A stretch of 64,000 nt of DNA from Lama glama (taxonomy: Eukaryota). Position 1 is the stretch's first letter. Every line of letters starts with the position of its first letter. Under the pieces are notes generated by a model. The model ran no database searches. It was not told where the DNA came from and saw nothing but the letters and a program-made list of their open reading frames with translations. Shown one piece after another: positions 13,011 through 24,063 of this stretch. A program made the position numbers and the translations under genes. The stretch is taken from the NCBI GenBank assembly GCA_028534125.1, contig CM052847.1, positions 17,918,001 through 17,982,000 on the forward strand, written 5' to 3'.

Positions 13011-13629
13011 AGCCTGAAAGTTGAAACGAGAAAGCCTCTTCCTTTACAATACCTTCCCTACTCCGCTCAACAGATCTCCCAAAGTTCTTGGAATCATGAG
13101 ATTTTGAGGAAGTCAAAACATTTTGAGAACAACCCCTGCAAATCTTTTTTTTTTTTTTTGGTCTTCCTTGACATTTACATCCTGTATCTGATCAGAAATT
13201 TGTAACTCAAATGAACTTTATGATTATGAGCCATTCATAATACAGTTGTGATTGAACACCTCTCTCCAAGAAGGTCACGGTGCTTTACATACATTATCTA
13301 AAGTGTCTTGAGAGCAAACCTGGAGTAGGGTGACCACCCATTCGGAATTCACCTTGCTCTGACAATGCAGATCTCCGGGAGGGTGACTTTTTTCTTCCTC
13401 TGGGCACAGGAAAGACCGAAACCAAGTTCAAGTCTGCAATGGCAGCAGCGGTTTTATTACTACCAGTGTTACATTCCTGAGCCTTCAGAAACGGACCTAA
13501 TTCTCTGAGCAGCTGCAAGAAAGCCGGGAGTCAAGTCTCGGTGTAATTGCCACCAGTGAGTGAAGCCTGCAGTTCGTCACTGTGGGCTCATGAGTCCTAA
13601 TCCCACGTTGGGCGTTTTGAAGGGGAAGC

Positions 13630-13805
13630 TGTGTGGTTTGGGGGAATCAGCACTGGATTCAGAGCAGGGAGCTTAGATTTCTGGCCTCAGCTCTGACATG
13701 AACCAGCTGTGTGTCCTTAGTGACGTTGCTTATTCCCTTCAGACCTATAAATTGAGAGCCTTGGATCAGTGATTCCCAGGGCCCTTTACAGCTTTGGGGT
13801 CAAAT
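13630..13805. mobile_element. MIR/MIR3 fragment
   Basis: cagcactggattcagag...ctcagctctgac...aaccagctgtgtgtcctt. Confidence 0.55.
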
Positions 13806-14149
13806 GCTTCTCTCCCTGCAGCTCCCAGATTTCCTCCTGCAGACCTCCGTGCACATCGCAGACGGATCTGAGTGCTCTCCGCACTCTCTGGGCTGCTTGT
13901 CTGCCGCTGGTCACCATCTTTTCTCCTTTGTGTGTGTATCAACCAGTGTGATGGGTTGGCAGCTCCCTGAGGGCAAGAGTCCCATTTATTTCCTTTGTGT
14001 GTCCTGTGCCTAACGTGGGCACCCTGATCGCCTCTCTCCTGTTCCTCTAACCTGCGGCTCTCACCTGAGTCTTTTCAGCGTAGTGACCTGGACAAGTCTT
14101 TCCCACCTGGAGAGACTCCATCCCCATCTTCTGTGGAGCTGCCTGTCTT

Positions 14150-15250
14150 TTCCCCCTTTGCTTGAAACCTTCTTGAAATAGGTGTCTGCATTTATCACGT
14201 TACCTTTGCCGTTTCGGCCCCACTGCCTACAAGCTGGCATCCTGGCCCCCCTACCCCACAGAACCTGCTTTTGATAAATTCCCTAAAAATGATCTGTGTT
14301 GCCAACTGCAGAAGGATACTGGGGCATGTTCATCATAGCATCTAGCGCCACCTGCTCTGACCACCTCGTTCTTGACACTCTCCCCGCGTGGCTCCTGTGC
14401 CCTGCTGTTCTGTTTCTGCTTCCCCGAGTCCCCTTGCTCTGTCCCTCTTAGATGCCTCTTCCTGGATGTCCTCCGCTGTCCTGCCTTTGGCTGTCATCTC
14501 TCCCTACTCTGAGTCCCCTCTCTGAACAGTGTCAGCCATGCCTGTGGCGTCCACCACCTCCCAGAGACCTGCTGACAGCTTGAGACCCGCATTGCCAACT
14601 CCACACCAAGTATAGCATGTCCTGACCTGTGCCCATCAGTCTACCTCTCCCCCCAAAAAAACTGCTTTCTTGTGTTTTCCCCATTTAGGCAATGATCCCA
14701 CAAGACATTTAGTTGTCCTGCCTGCCCCCCCATCCCCACAACCACCCAGTTAGCACTGAGGTTTGGCCCATCTCCAGTTGACATGGGCTGTTTGCAGTAA
14801 CCTCTTAACTGTCCTGCCTGCCTCCAGTGTCTCTTCTTCAATCCATCCTCCACGGGGCAGCCAGAAATGGCAAATTGGAGCTCATTGCTTTGCCGCTTAA
14901 ATATTCCATGCCTGATCATTGACTTTTAGACAAAACTTCAGTTCCTGAGCACATGGGATCCTCTAAGGCCTGGATGCAACCACCCTGCTTGCGTCTCGTG
15001 CCTTCCCCCACCCCACACTGTGGCCTCCCGCCAGGAGGAACTGTGTCCTTTCTCACCACCGTGTCTTTGCATGAGATGGTCCATTGGTTTCAAGTGCCCT
15101 CCCCTCCCTCTGTGGGCAAGTCCAGCCAGCCTTTAGGACTCAGTGTTCTCACCCTCCTCACCAGGCAGAATGAAGTACCTGCTCCCCTGGGCACCCACAA
15201 TACCTTTTCTGAAAAGAAGGGTCTATTTATGACCCCCCAACGTTCGTTTC
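14150..15250. mobile_element. Degenerate L2 LINE
   Basis: Pyrimidine-rich L2-like segments such as tgcagtaacctcttaactgtcctgcctgcctccagtgtct...caatccatcctccac...gcagccaga. Confidence 0.6.
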
Positions 15251-15918
15251 TCATTCTAGTCTCTTCTCCACAAATTAAATTTACTAATGAGTGGAAGGAG
15301 CTACGAACAGACCCCACACCTCAAGGCCTGTGTTTTCTGCATAAGACCATCTTGCCTTTAGAATGAAGGAAGCAGCTCTGAATGACCTGGCCTCTTGTCC
15401 CCCAACACTGCTCCCTCTTACCTCTTCCCCTTGTGGTTTGAAGACCCTGGCAGGAGTTCAGTACACATGGTCTCGACCCACCTGGTAATCATTTCCCATC
15501 ATCTAAGGGCTAGAGCCAAGTACCATTCTCCTTTCATTTAAATTACATAAAACCCAGATCTGTGGCTGGCAAGTGATGGAAGTCCACTGGGGAAATTAAA
15601 GGGTCACAGAGAACAGGACCCATTATAATAAAAGCATTTGCACAGCCAGTGATTCCATCTACCCTGTGGCTTCGGTGTTCCTTGGGGTGTGGTGAAATAG
15701 GAAGCAGGAGGACCTGTGAAAGTCGTTTGAGGAATTTATTTTCATTGGGAGTGGTGGTAGCATTTCTGTGCTCTGAGTAGACTGCAGATCGTGCAGTTGA
15801 TGTGATCGGCGTCGTGTACAGAGCCATAGAGCATCCAGTTCTGCCACGATTCAGGATCTTGGTACCACTTGGGTTCTCTCTCCTCCTCCGTATGTACACA
15901 CTGAACATGATTGTAAGG

Positions 15919-15986
15919 TCCCTCCCTCTCCTCCTCCTCTCTCCTTCCCTCTTCCCTCCCTTCCTCTCTCCTTCCTTCCATCCCTT
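15919..15986. repeat. CT-rich low-complexity tract
   Basis: tccctccctctcctcctcctctctccttcccttccctccc... Confidence 0.85.
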
Positions 15987-16169
15987 CAGTGGCTCTGTAT
16001 TCCTGTCCCATACTTGGTTTTTAATTAAAATGATGGTGCCTAAATCAGTCAACTGTAGACCTTCAAATTACTTAGAACTCTAAGACCTAAGAAGCATCCA
16101 TGCAACAGACATAAAATGGGGGGAAGAAAAACAAAGACAACCTGTATTTAAATGTGTAATAATACAAAA

Positions 16170-16450
16170 TAACAATGACTATTTTTTTTCCTATGCCCTG
16201 TTTATTAAGCATTTCACAGGCATTCTGTCCTGTCATTCTCATGGCCCTACCATGAGGGCATCCCCTCCATCTTGCAGATGAGGAAACCAAAGCTCAGAGA
16301 AGTTAAGACACTTGTCCAAGGTCACATAGCTGTAATGAATGGCGGGACCAGAATTAGCTGTAAGATCCAGGCAGAGACTATACTGAGTGGCAAAATCCAG
16401 ATTTCGAACTTGAGTCTGACCGCAAAGCCCACATGTTTCGACACCACGTC
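16170..16450. mobile_element. MIR SINE
   Basis: cagatgaggaaaccaaagctcagagaagttaagacacttgtccaaggtcacatagct MIR core. Confidence 0.8.
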
Positions 16451-16642
16451 ATAGTGCCCCGTGACTTAAGTGCATCGTGAGGTTCCTGCCCATCAGACAC
16501 ATGTTTGCATTTTAATGGAGCTCATTCTCACTGGGAGGGGTCCTTCTAACAGTGTCAGCAGTGGAGTTGAGTAGTCTGGGGTTTCTGAGACTGTGAAACA
16601 GTTGTTCAATCTGCCTTTACTTTCTCACTTTTGTGTTTTTAG

Positions 16643-16691
16643 ATGCATCATCCCATTCAGATGAAACCTGCAGATAGTGAAAAATCAAACG
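16643..16691 (+). CDS. CELF2: CELF2 coding exon (about exon 4), 49 nt, MHHPIQMKPADSEKSN(A), end of RRM1 and linker
   Basis: Acceptor ttttgtgtttttag|ATGCAT, donor AACG|gtaggt; phase 0 to 1; too short for the ORF track. Confidence 0.96.
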
Positions 16692-17891
16692 GTAGGTGGT
16701 AACCAACGATCTCCTTTAATATATGGGTTTTTTTTAAGTGAAGAAGTCAGGTGGGGTGGGAGGAGCTGGCCCCAGGTGCTGCTTCTCTAGAGGAGGCAGA
16801 GGGAAGTGCTCCAGGCAGCTTCCGGCATGACTGGTACCTCCGGAGTACCACAGACTTCACTCCTGCCTCCTGCATCTCTGCTGTAAAGATCTGTGAAGAT
16901 GCCACAGGAGATGGTTTTATGTGGGAGTTGATCTGTGTGGTGGCCCTGGGCCACTCCTCCCACAGAGCAGCCCGGGCACCCGGTGGTGAAGGGTGACCTT
17001 ATACCGGGCAGAGAGGGTGAGCGAAGGGCATCGCCCACTGAGCATTAGGCTGTCTGTTCTCCGCTCTCCTTTGGCTTTAGACTGTCTCCTCGCACTTTTC
17101 TCGAAGTCGTGCCAATGCATTTGCATCCAGATTCATTCAGAATTCAGCCTCTGATTAAATAAACATACGCTCAGTGCAAAAAAGTGTGCATTCGACAAGG
17201 TTGGTGAAATAATGGAGAACTGCCTCTCCAAGACACCAGAGGGTTGACAGTCACATTTCTCTCTTCTGAAGTTTTTGCTTCCACTTATACAAACCTTCTG
17301 TCCCTGTTTTGTTCTTCAGATCTACTGAAATGTATGCTAAAGGAACCTTCCGAAACCTCAGCGCTCCCCTGTCCCACAGGACTGACGCCGTCAGCCTGGT
17401 TTCTTTCCCACAGGCCGCTGTGCACCTCATTAATTAGTAGTCAGGGCAGAAGCCACGCATTTAGGGATCTGCGTGTCTGCAGATGTAAACTATGACAGGG
17501 CTCGACCTCCCTCCACAAGACACTTTTTGCTCGTTGTAGTGCGGCCCATTTCCTGGCTCCACAGACTAGAAGGTTTTGAGGGAAATTCCATGTCGTACGG
17601 TGGTACTGCCAGTGCCTGCGTGGTCCTGTGGTGGGGGGTCGACGCTGGTGCTTTACCCGCCACCTCCTTGCCGGCCCCACGCTTCTCTGAGCATCTCATT
17701 CCCATTTTCCCGCAGTACGTTATACAGACGTGGCAGTTAGGGTCGCTGGGGCTCAGGTCCACCACTGCTTGTTGTGGGATCTTGGTCCAGTCCCTTCTTT
17801 CCTTTATTGACAGTTACTCGTCGATTACTTACTGTGTGCCAGGCGTGTTGCTGGAGCTGAGGTCACAGCAGTGATTTGAAAAAAAGAAGGA

Positions 17892-18039
17892 GGGGAGGGC
17901 ACTGCTCAGTAGTAGAGTGTGTGCTTAGTGTGCACGAGGTCCTGGGTTCAATCCCCAGCACCTCCGTAGATACATAGATAGATAGACCAATGAATCAACC
18001 GATCTGATTACCTCCCCACCGCAAAAAAAAAAAAAAAAA
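17892..18039 (+). mobile_element. Vic-1-like SINE (first of a tandem pair)
   Basis: GGGGAGGGC...GCTCAGTAGTAGAG...GAGGTCCTGGGTTCAATCCCCAGCACCTCC with poly-A tail. Confidence 0.9.
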
Positions 18040-18050
18040 TTGTTTTTAAA

Positions 18051-18204
18051 GGGACTGTAATAGCTCAGTGGTAGAGCACATACTTAGCAGGCATGCAGTC
18101 CTGGGCTCAATCCCCAGTGCCTCCATTAAATAAATAAATGAGCCTAGTTACCTCCCTCCACCCTCCCCCCCAAAGAAAAAACAAAAATTAAAAGAAGAAG
18201 AAAA
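18051..18204 (+). mobile_element. Vic-1-like SINE (second of a tandem pair)
   Basis: TAGCTCAGTGGTAGAGC...GTCCTGGGCTCAATCCCCAGTGCCTCC with A-rich tail. Confidence 0.9.
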
Positions 18205-19074
18205 GGACACAAAAGAGGCTGTCCCGTACCTCCCAGAGCTCAGCTTGACTGCTGGTTTCAGTGTCTGATAGTCACTGAAAGACTGAACTTCAGTCTCCTC
18301 GGTCGTAAAGTAGTAGCTGCTTCTCACAGGGCAGCTTGCTTTCTTTTTCAGACCCACACAAGGTAGCAGTGCTCTGTGAAGGATCGAGCACTTCTACAGA
18401 ATGCTGGTTAGCATCACCACCCAGAGTTCTCCCTGGCCTGTCGGGGTCTGAGCGAGTGTGTCTGCCCGGGTGGAAGGCCGTATCCCCTGCCCATCTGCTC
18501 CAGAAGTGCACACTTACAGTCTGTTCTGTTCCTCCGGGGAGAGAGGAGGGACGAGTTTAGACTTTGTGGGGTGAATTCCATCAGTGAAGGTCACCTTAGC
18601 GCATCCGGCCGCCAGGAGATAGATGCTCCCTGTGCCTTGGCCCCGGATTCTCTGAACCATTTCAGGATGCGGGCCGTGGATGAAGGTCTGTGGAAGGGAG
18701 TTGGTCTGAAGCTTAGGCTGTAGTTATAAATGTGACAAATTAGAGAACCAAGATGAAAATGTCTGACTTCAAATACCCAAGTAGTTGAACCAAGAAAGGA
18801 TGTCTTTGGCATTTTCTGCTGCGTGGGCAGGAGCCCTGACTGTCCCTGGGAGAGCTGCCGGGGGTGGGGGGGCTCCCAATGGCCAGCTGCCTTTGCTGTC
18901 CAGTGTTGACTCTGGACCTAGAACCACAGCAACAGGACAAAACTGCCATGGTCCCATGCAGTTTTGCACAGTCTCAAAAGCCAAGCAGGGTGAGATGCTA
19001 TTTTACTAAGAAGGGCAAATACCTCAAAATGCCATTTTTCACGAAGCGTGTCTGGGTAGCAGATAAAAACTATT

Positions 19075-19295
19075 TGGAGGCACCCAGACTTGACCCCGGA
19101 CCCTGCACTTACTGGCTGTGACCTTGGCAAGTCCCTTATTCACCTTGCCCAGCCTCCGTGTCTCCACCTGTCAGCGGGGCTAGGGTTGTGTAGTCTGAGC
19201 TCTTCCTGTAATGCCCACCTTATGAAGTCACCAAAGAATGTGCAGGGAACACCTGCACAACTTAGCTTGATACCTGGCACGCAGCGAATACTCAC
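19075..19295. mobile_element. MIR SINE
   Basis: cacttactggctgtgaccttggcaagtcccttattcacc...cagcctccgtgtctcc. Confidence 0.65.
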
Positions 19296-22211
19296 TTTGC
19301 AGAGTTGGCGGCGTAACTCCAGCCCCTGGAAGCAGGCATTTTGGTGCGTCCTCAAAGCAGAGGCCATAGCACAGATCTGGACATAGGAAGGAAAGACCCC
19401 CAGACCTTCCTAATGGGCCAGCTGACCCTTGGCTTTAGAGGTTGACCTTCATTTTCTGAATTTCCAGTGGGGGAAAAAAATCAAATAATGTAATAGACCA
19501 AAAGCTGCTTTTAAAGAGCTCTCCTTTATGAAGCCTTGGGTGGAACCCCACCTCACATAGCCATGAGCAGACCACAGGGTTCTCCTTGGACTTGATTTGA
19601 GGAATCAGGAGAAATGTGTCATTTCACAAAGCCAGGGATAAGAGCTGCGAGCCAGTTCTGATTCCACATGGTATTTTTGACAGGTAAGCATAGCTTCCGC
19701 AGCTCAGAGCAAGCAGCGATTTCTTGGGCTCAGATGCTCTAAATAGCGCCAGTAGTTGTGAAAGACGCGTAACGAGCTCTAATTGCACTTTTGGTGGGGG
19801 GCAGTTTGCTGACATTTATGGATAAGACAAAGGGCTCATCACAGTTAGACAGCCCCTGTCTTCATTATCAGTGTGTTCAGATGTCTCAAACTTCATATTT
19901 GCTGAGCAAGAAAGGGCTGCTCATCGCAGATTAATTAGTGATGGACAAATGAATTCCAGAAAAGCAGTCGCTCTCGGAAGCTTTTGTCCATCTGGGGATT
20001 CTGAACCCTGCAGCAAGCCCAGAAATGCCCTTTTATCTGCCCGTCATTTTTATGTTGTACCGAATGGGCTTCCAAAATCTCCGTGGCTTCCTAGAACCCG
20101 CCCGTCCCGTTGGCTCTAGGTTCAGCCGCAGCCTCTGGCTCACTGATGCAAACTCACTGCCTCTTAACTTCCTGTTCTTGTGCTTCGGCTGTGCCAGGTA
20201 TCCAAAAAAAGAAAAAAGAAAAATCCTACTCTGGGTTGGCAATAAAATAATCAGGGACTTGAAGAATACATTGAATACAGACCCAAATTTCAACAACATA
20301 CCCCTTCGTTGGTTATTTCTCTACCGTACCAAGTAGGGTTGATGTTACTCAGAGGAAGGGCGTCTGAGGAGGTGTGGACCATTTCAGGGGCACTCGTGCA
20401 CACAGTCCCTCTGTTTCCTTCTCTAGACCATGGGGGGCACCGTTTTCCAGCTTTCAATCCTCTATCAATAGGCCGGGAAAGCACCCGGCTGTGCAGGATG
20501 GGAAGTAAAGGATCTGAAGTTGGTGTAGCAGTGGGTGGTAAGAAAAGCATAGGGGCCACCTTGGGTTCTGCACTTGGGTTCTCGGTGGTGGAGGGTGGCC
20601 AGAGCCAGCGTTCACTGTTAGGTCTGCTCCTGGCTTCAAGGATTAGTTTTCACTCTGTCGACAAGAGTGTAAGGTCCACCCTGCTTTAACCTCCAACCTC
20701 GCAGCTTGTCAGGGGTCCTTAGACCCTCGAATCCAGAAAGGCCATTTAAACCTCACTCTCCTCCAGGGCTCTGAAGCCCGTGTCAGCCGAGCGTCAGAAG
20801 AGTCAGGATAACTGACACTGTCGGGGAGGGCGATGGCTTGTGCAGGGAGAAACCACGGGGCGTTCCCGGGCAGTCGCTTTCTGATGTCCTGCAAGATGAA
20901 GAAATGATTTTGAAATTCAAAGCAGAGAGACTCGTGGATTTGGAGGAAGTAATTAAATGCCATATGTTAGCACTAACACACTGAAAAGCTGTTAATGAAT
21001 TCAGGCCGCCCCGAATCCAGGTGTGACTTTGACAGATTGTACACCAGGGTGTTAGTACTGACTTAAAATTAAGAGTTTTTTTTTAAAAAATCAAGTTTCC
21101 AGTTCCTGAACTTTAAAAAGTCCCCATGTACATTTAAGATTAACCCCTTCTCATTTATACCTAGGAAGGGGAGCAGGCGGTGGTCGCTGGTATGAAAGAA
21201 CTTTCAGTTCTGCTACTGACATTAACCCCACCTGTGCCACACCGGGTACCTAAAAGTACTTCCCCTCGCTCATTCATTGGTTCTTCTAAAGGAAAATAGA
21301 CTTTCCTTAGAGGGCAAGGGCCTTATCTTTTCATTCTTTTTTTTTTTTTTTTCAGTTCCTCTAAAGCATTTAGCAGAGAACTGTGACCATGGTAGGTTTG
21401 TTTAAGCAGTTGGCATTCTTGTGACTGAAAAAAAAAAAAAGAAAAAAGAGTGAAATGCTTACTGCCTGTGAATTCTTAGGAAAGACCCACCAGGAAATTC
21501 ATCCAACATTGATGGAAAAGTTAAATGAATTCAAGATAATTATGTTTATTTAAAATGTAGACAAAGCTGTTTAGCCATCCTGAGAATGGGAATCCGAGGA
21601 ATGAATTTTATGAATAAATTTTCACCGGAAGAGCAGGAGAGCTCCAGGGAGAGGAAAGCTGGGTATTTGTACTTATTCCCATTTTGCCCTTAAAACAAAC
21701 AAGACCCAACTGTTAAAACCACAGAGCTACTAGGGCTGCAAAAGATTGCAAACATCCAGGGCCCTTTGTACATGCACACACGTACCCACGCACACAAGGA
21801 GAAAGTCTGCACCAGCCCTAAGCTCTTCATTTTTCAGATCGTTCCTGTTACCGACAACAGTGAGAGTTACCTCCCATCTCCCTGCCTGTCTGAGTTACCC
21901 CTCCGTGGTGCCCACGAAGTCTCACTCTCTTCCTAAGTGGCTTCCTTTTGCTCATACTCATCTTAGGAAAAAGTCCTTTTTGACCTCACTCAGGAGCTGC
22001 ACATCTAACTTACCGTAGCCTCCCCCGAAACTCAAAGCCTGAACATTTTTTGCTAAATACTGTAATTGAAGATTTACTGGGGAAACCAAGGGCCACCTGG
22101 GACTTTATCATTTGCTTTTGTTTAAAGGAACTGAAACCTGATTCTTTAGGACAGAAGGAAAATACAACAGGAATTTTTTTTTTTTTACCTTTTATCAAGA
22201 TACCAGCTGGT

Positions 22212-22338
22212 GGGGAGACGGTGTAGCTCGGTGGTAGAGTGCGTGCTTAGCATGCATGAGGTCCTGGGTTCAATCCCCAGTACTTCCATTAAATAAATAA
22301 ACCTAATTGCCTGTCTCCCCGCCAAAAAGACTTTTAAA

Positions 22339-22381
<43 letters not shown>

Positions 22382-22407
22382 CACCAATCTCTTTAAAAAA
22401 AAAAAAA
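22212..22407 (+). mobile_element. Vic-1-like SINE with target-site duplication and (TAA)n tail
   Basis: A/B boxes; TSD AAGATACCAGCTG 22197-22209 and AAGATACCGGCTG 22408-22420; (TAA)n at about 22343-22380. Confidence 0.92.
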
Positions 22408-23928
22408 AAGATACCGGCTGTAGTTTCCTTGAGGTGGGAGTCCCAGAGATGAGGTAAGGATAGGGTCAGGATGGGGGACGAGAACTACAGCTGGACACTT
22501 TCCCTCCCTCCTCTGCCCCATTTCCATCAGTCCCATCCAGTCCCATCCAGTCCCCTCCTGGTTCAAGGCAATGCCACATCCTCTCGGGGCCCTGGAGTGT
22601 TAAGGAGTCTGGCATCATGAGGGAGACCCAAGGCTCCCATTGGAAAGAAAGGACATCTTCTGGGGCATGTGATGCTTCTAACAACTGGACCCTTGTTGTG
22701 CCAACACCACCTTCGAGTTACGGTGCTTTCATCAGTTTCCAGTAGTTCACTTACTCTCACAGGAGAAAGAAGGATTTCTTAAATATAGAAATCTTCATCT
22801 ATATGAAGCAAGTGGCATCCTTGCCTCCTCCCAGGAATCAGAGCGAGTGACACCCACTGCCCGCACTTCCTTGATGAAGCTCAAGACAGGCAGTTGCCCT
22901 GGACCACCTGGGACCCTCCTTGTGCATCAAGCCCCTCTCTGTGAGGCTGACTGTTGGCCAGTCGTCCTGAGCACAAGCTTGTCGGTTTGGGGGAGAATCT
23001 CAAGCCATCAGAAGTAACCCTTCCCTATTCTTTACCCGCTGTCAGCTTCCACGGTTAGAATTTGCCGTGACACCCAAGATGCATTTCTGTTCATCAAGAT
23101 TCCTGCCTCTAAGTGGGTAGAATCGTACTGCTCCTTCCTTGTTCCTTTTTTCAGTCATGGTTTCTCCCTGAGATTGGGGCCACCTGCCATGATTCTCAAG
23201 TAGCCTTGGCCCCACTCACTTCACTAGAATTGCCTTCATTCTTAGTTGTAACGTGGAGACCGCGCAGGCTGCCCTGGCTGGGACTGCGGAGCCAGTGCTG
23301 CCGACAGAAGGTCACTTACCTCCTCTCTGGAAAAAGTAGCTTCTCTCACCTGTCTTCTTCTCACCCGCATCAGTGGGAATGAAGCTTTTGAAACCAGGGA
23401 AGGAGAATGTTTTCTTCCGCTGAATACTTTATTTAAAAGTTTTATTTACTGCTCTCCCACTAAACTGTGTCTGTTTCTGTTGCTTCTCCTCTCTTGAACG
23501 TTTTCTTTCCCTTTCACTCAAGTTAAAAGAAGATATACCCAAAAAAAGAAGGAAAGAAAGGCAAACTAAAATTTGTATCCCAAAATATCTCTAGGGAACA
23601 GTAGCGCTTAGCAATTACTCAGAGCTTTGACATTCTAGTAAACACATTTCTGTTTGTTTCCAAATGGGAGAGGAGGACTTAAAAACAGTGTTTCATGTCC
23701 TATGAAGTCGTTTTATTAGTAAGAGCAAGCTCCCAGCATTGAAATCAGAGATGAGATGTCGAGGAAGGGCTGGGTTGGGGAGCAGGGGCGAGATGCGTGT
23801 GGCGCTGAGGAAGGCAGCCTGGGTATCTAAGGAGTTAGCCTTGGGACCTGGTCAGATGTGGTGACGAAGTGTTGATTACAGGGAAGAAGATGAGATGGCC
23901 TTTCTCATCCATTCTCTCTGTCTCCTAG

Positions 23929-24063
23929 CCGTGGAAGACAGAAAACTGTTCATAGGAATGGTTTCGAAGAAATGTAACGAGAATGACATCCGGGTGATGT
24001 TCTCTCCGTTCGGCCAGATCGAAGAGTGCCGGATCCTCCGGGGACCCGACGGGCTCAGTCGAG
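23929..24063 (+). CDS. CELF2: CELF2 coding exon (about exon 5), 135 nt, (A)[44 protein letters not shown](G), first half of RRM2
   Basis: ctctctgtctcctag|CCGTG ... CGAG|gtgagt; RNP2 motif LFIGMV; phase 1 to 1; within ORF 23895..24167. Confidence 0.98.

Noticed and set aside
17892-22290. tRNA genes suggested by A/B boxes
   Set aside because: Diverged copies with A-rich tails and, in one case, a TSD; these are SINEs
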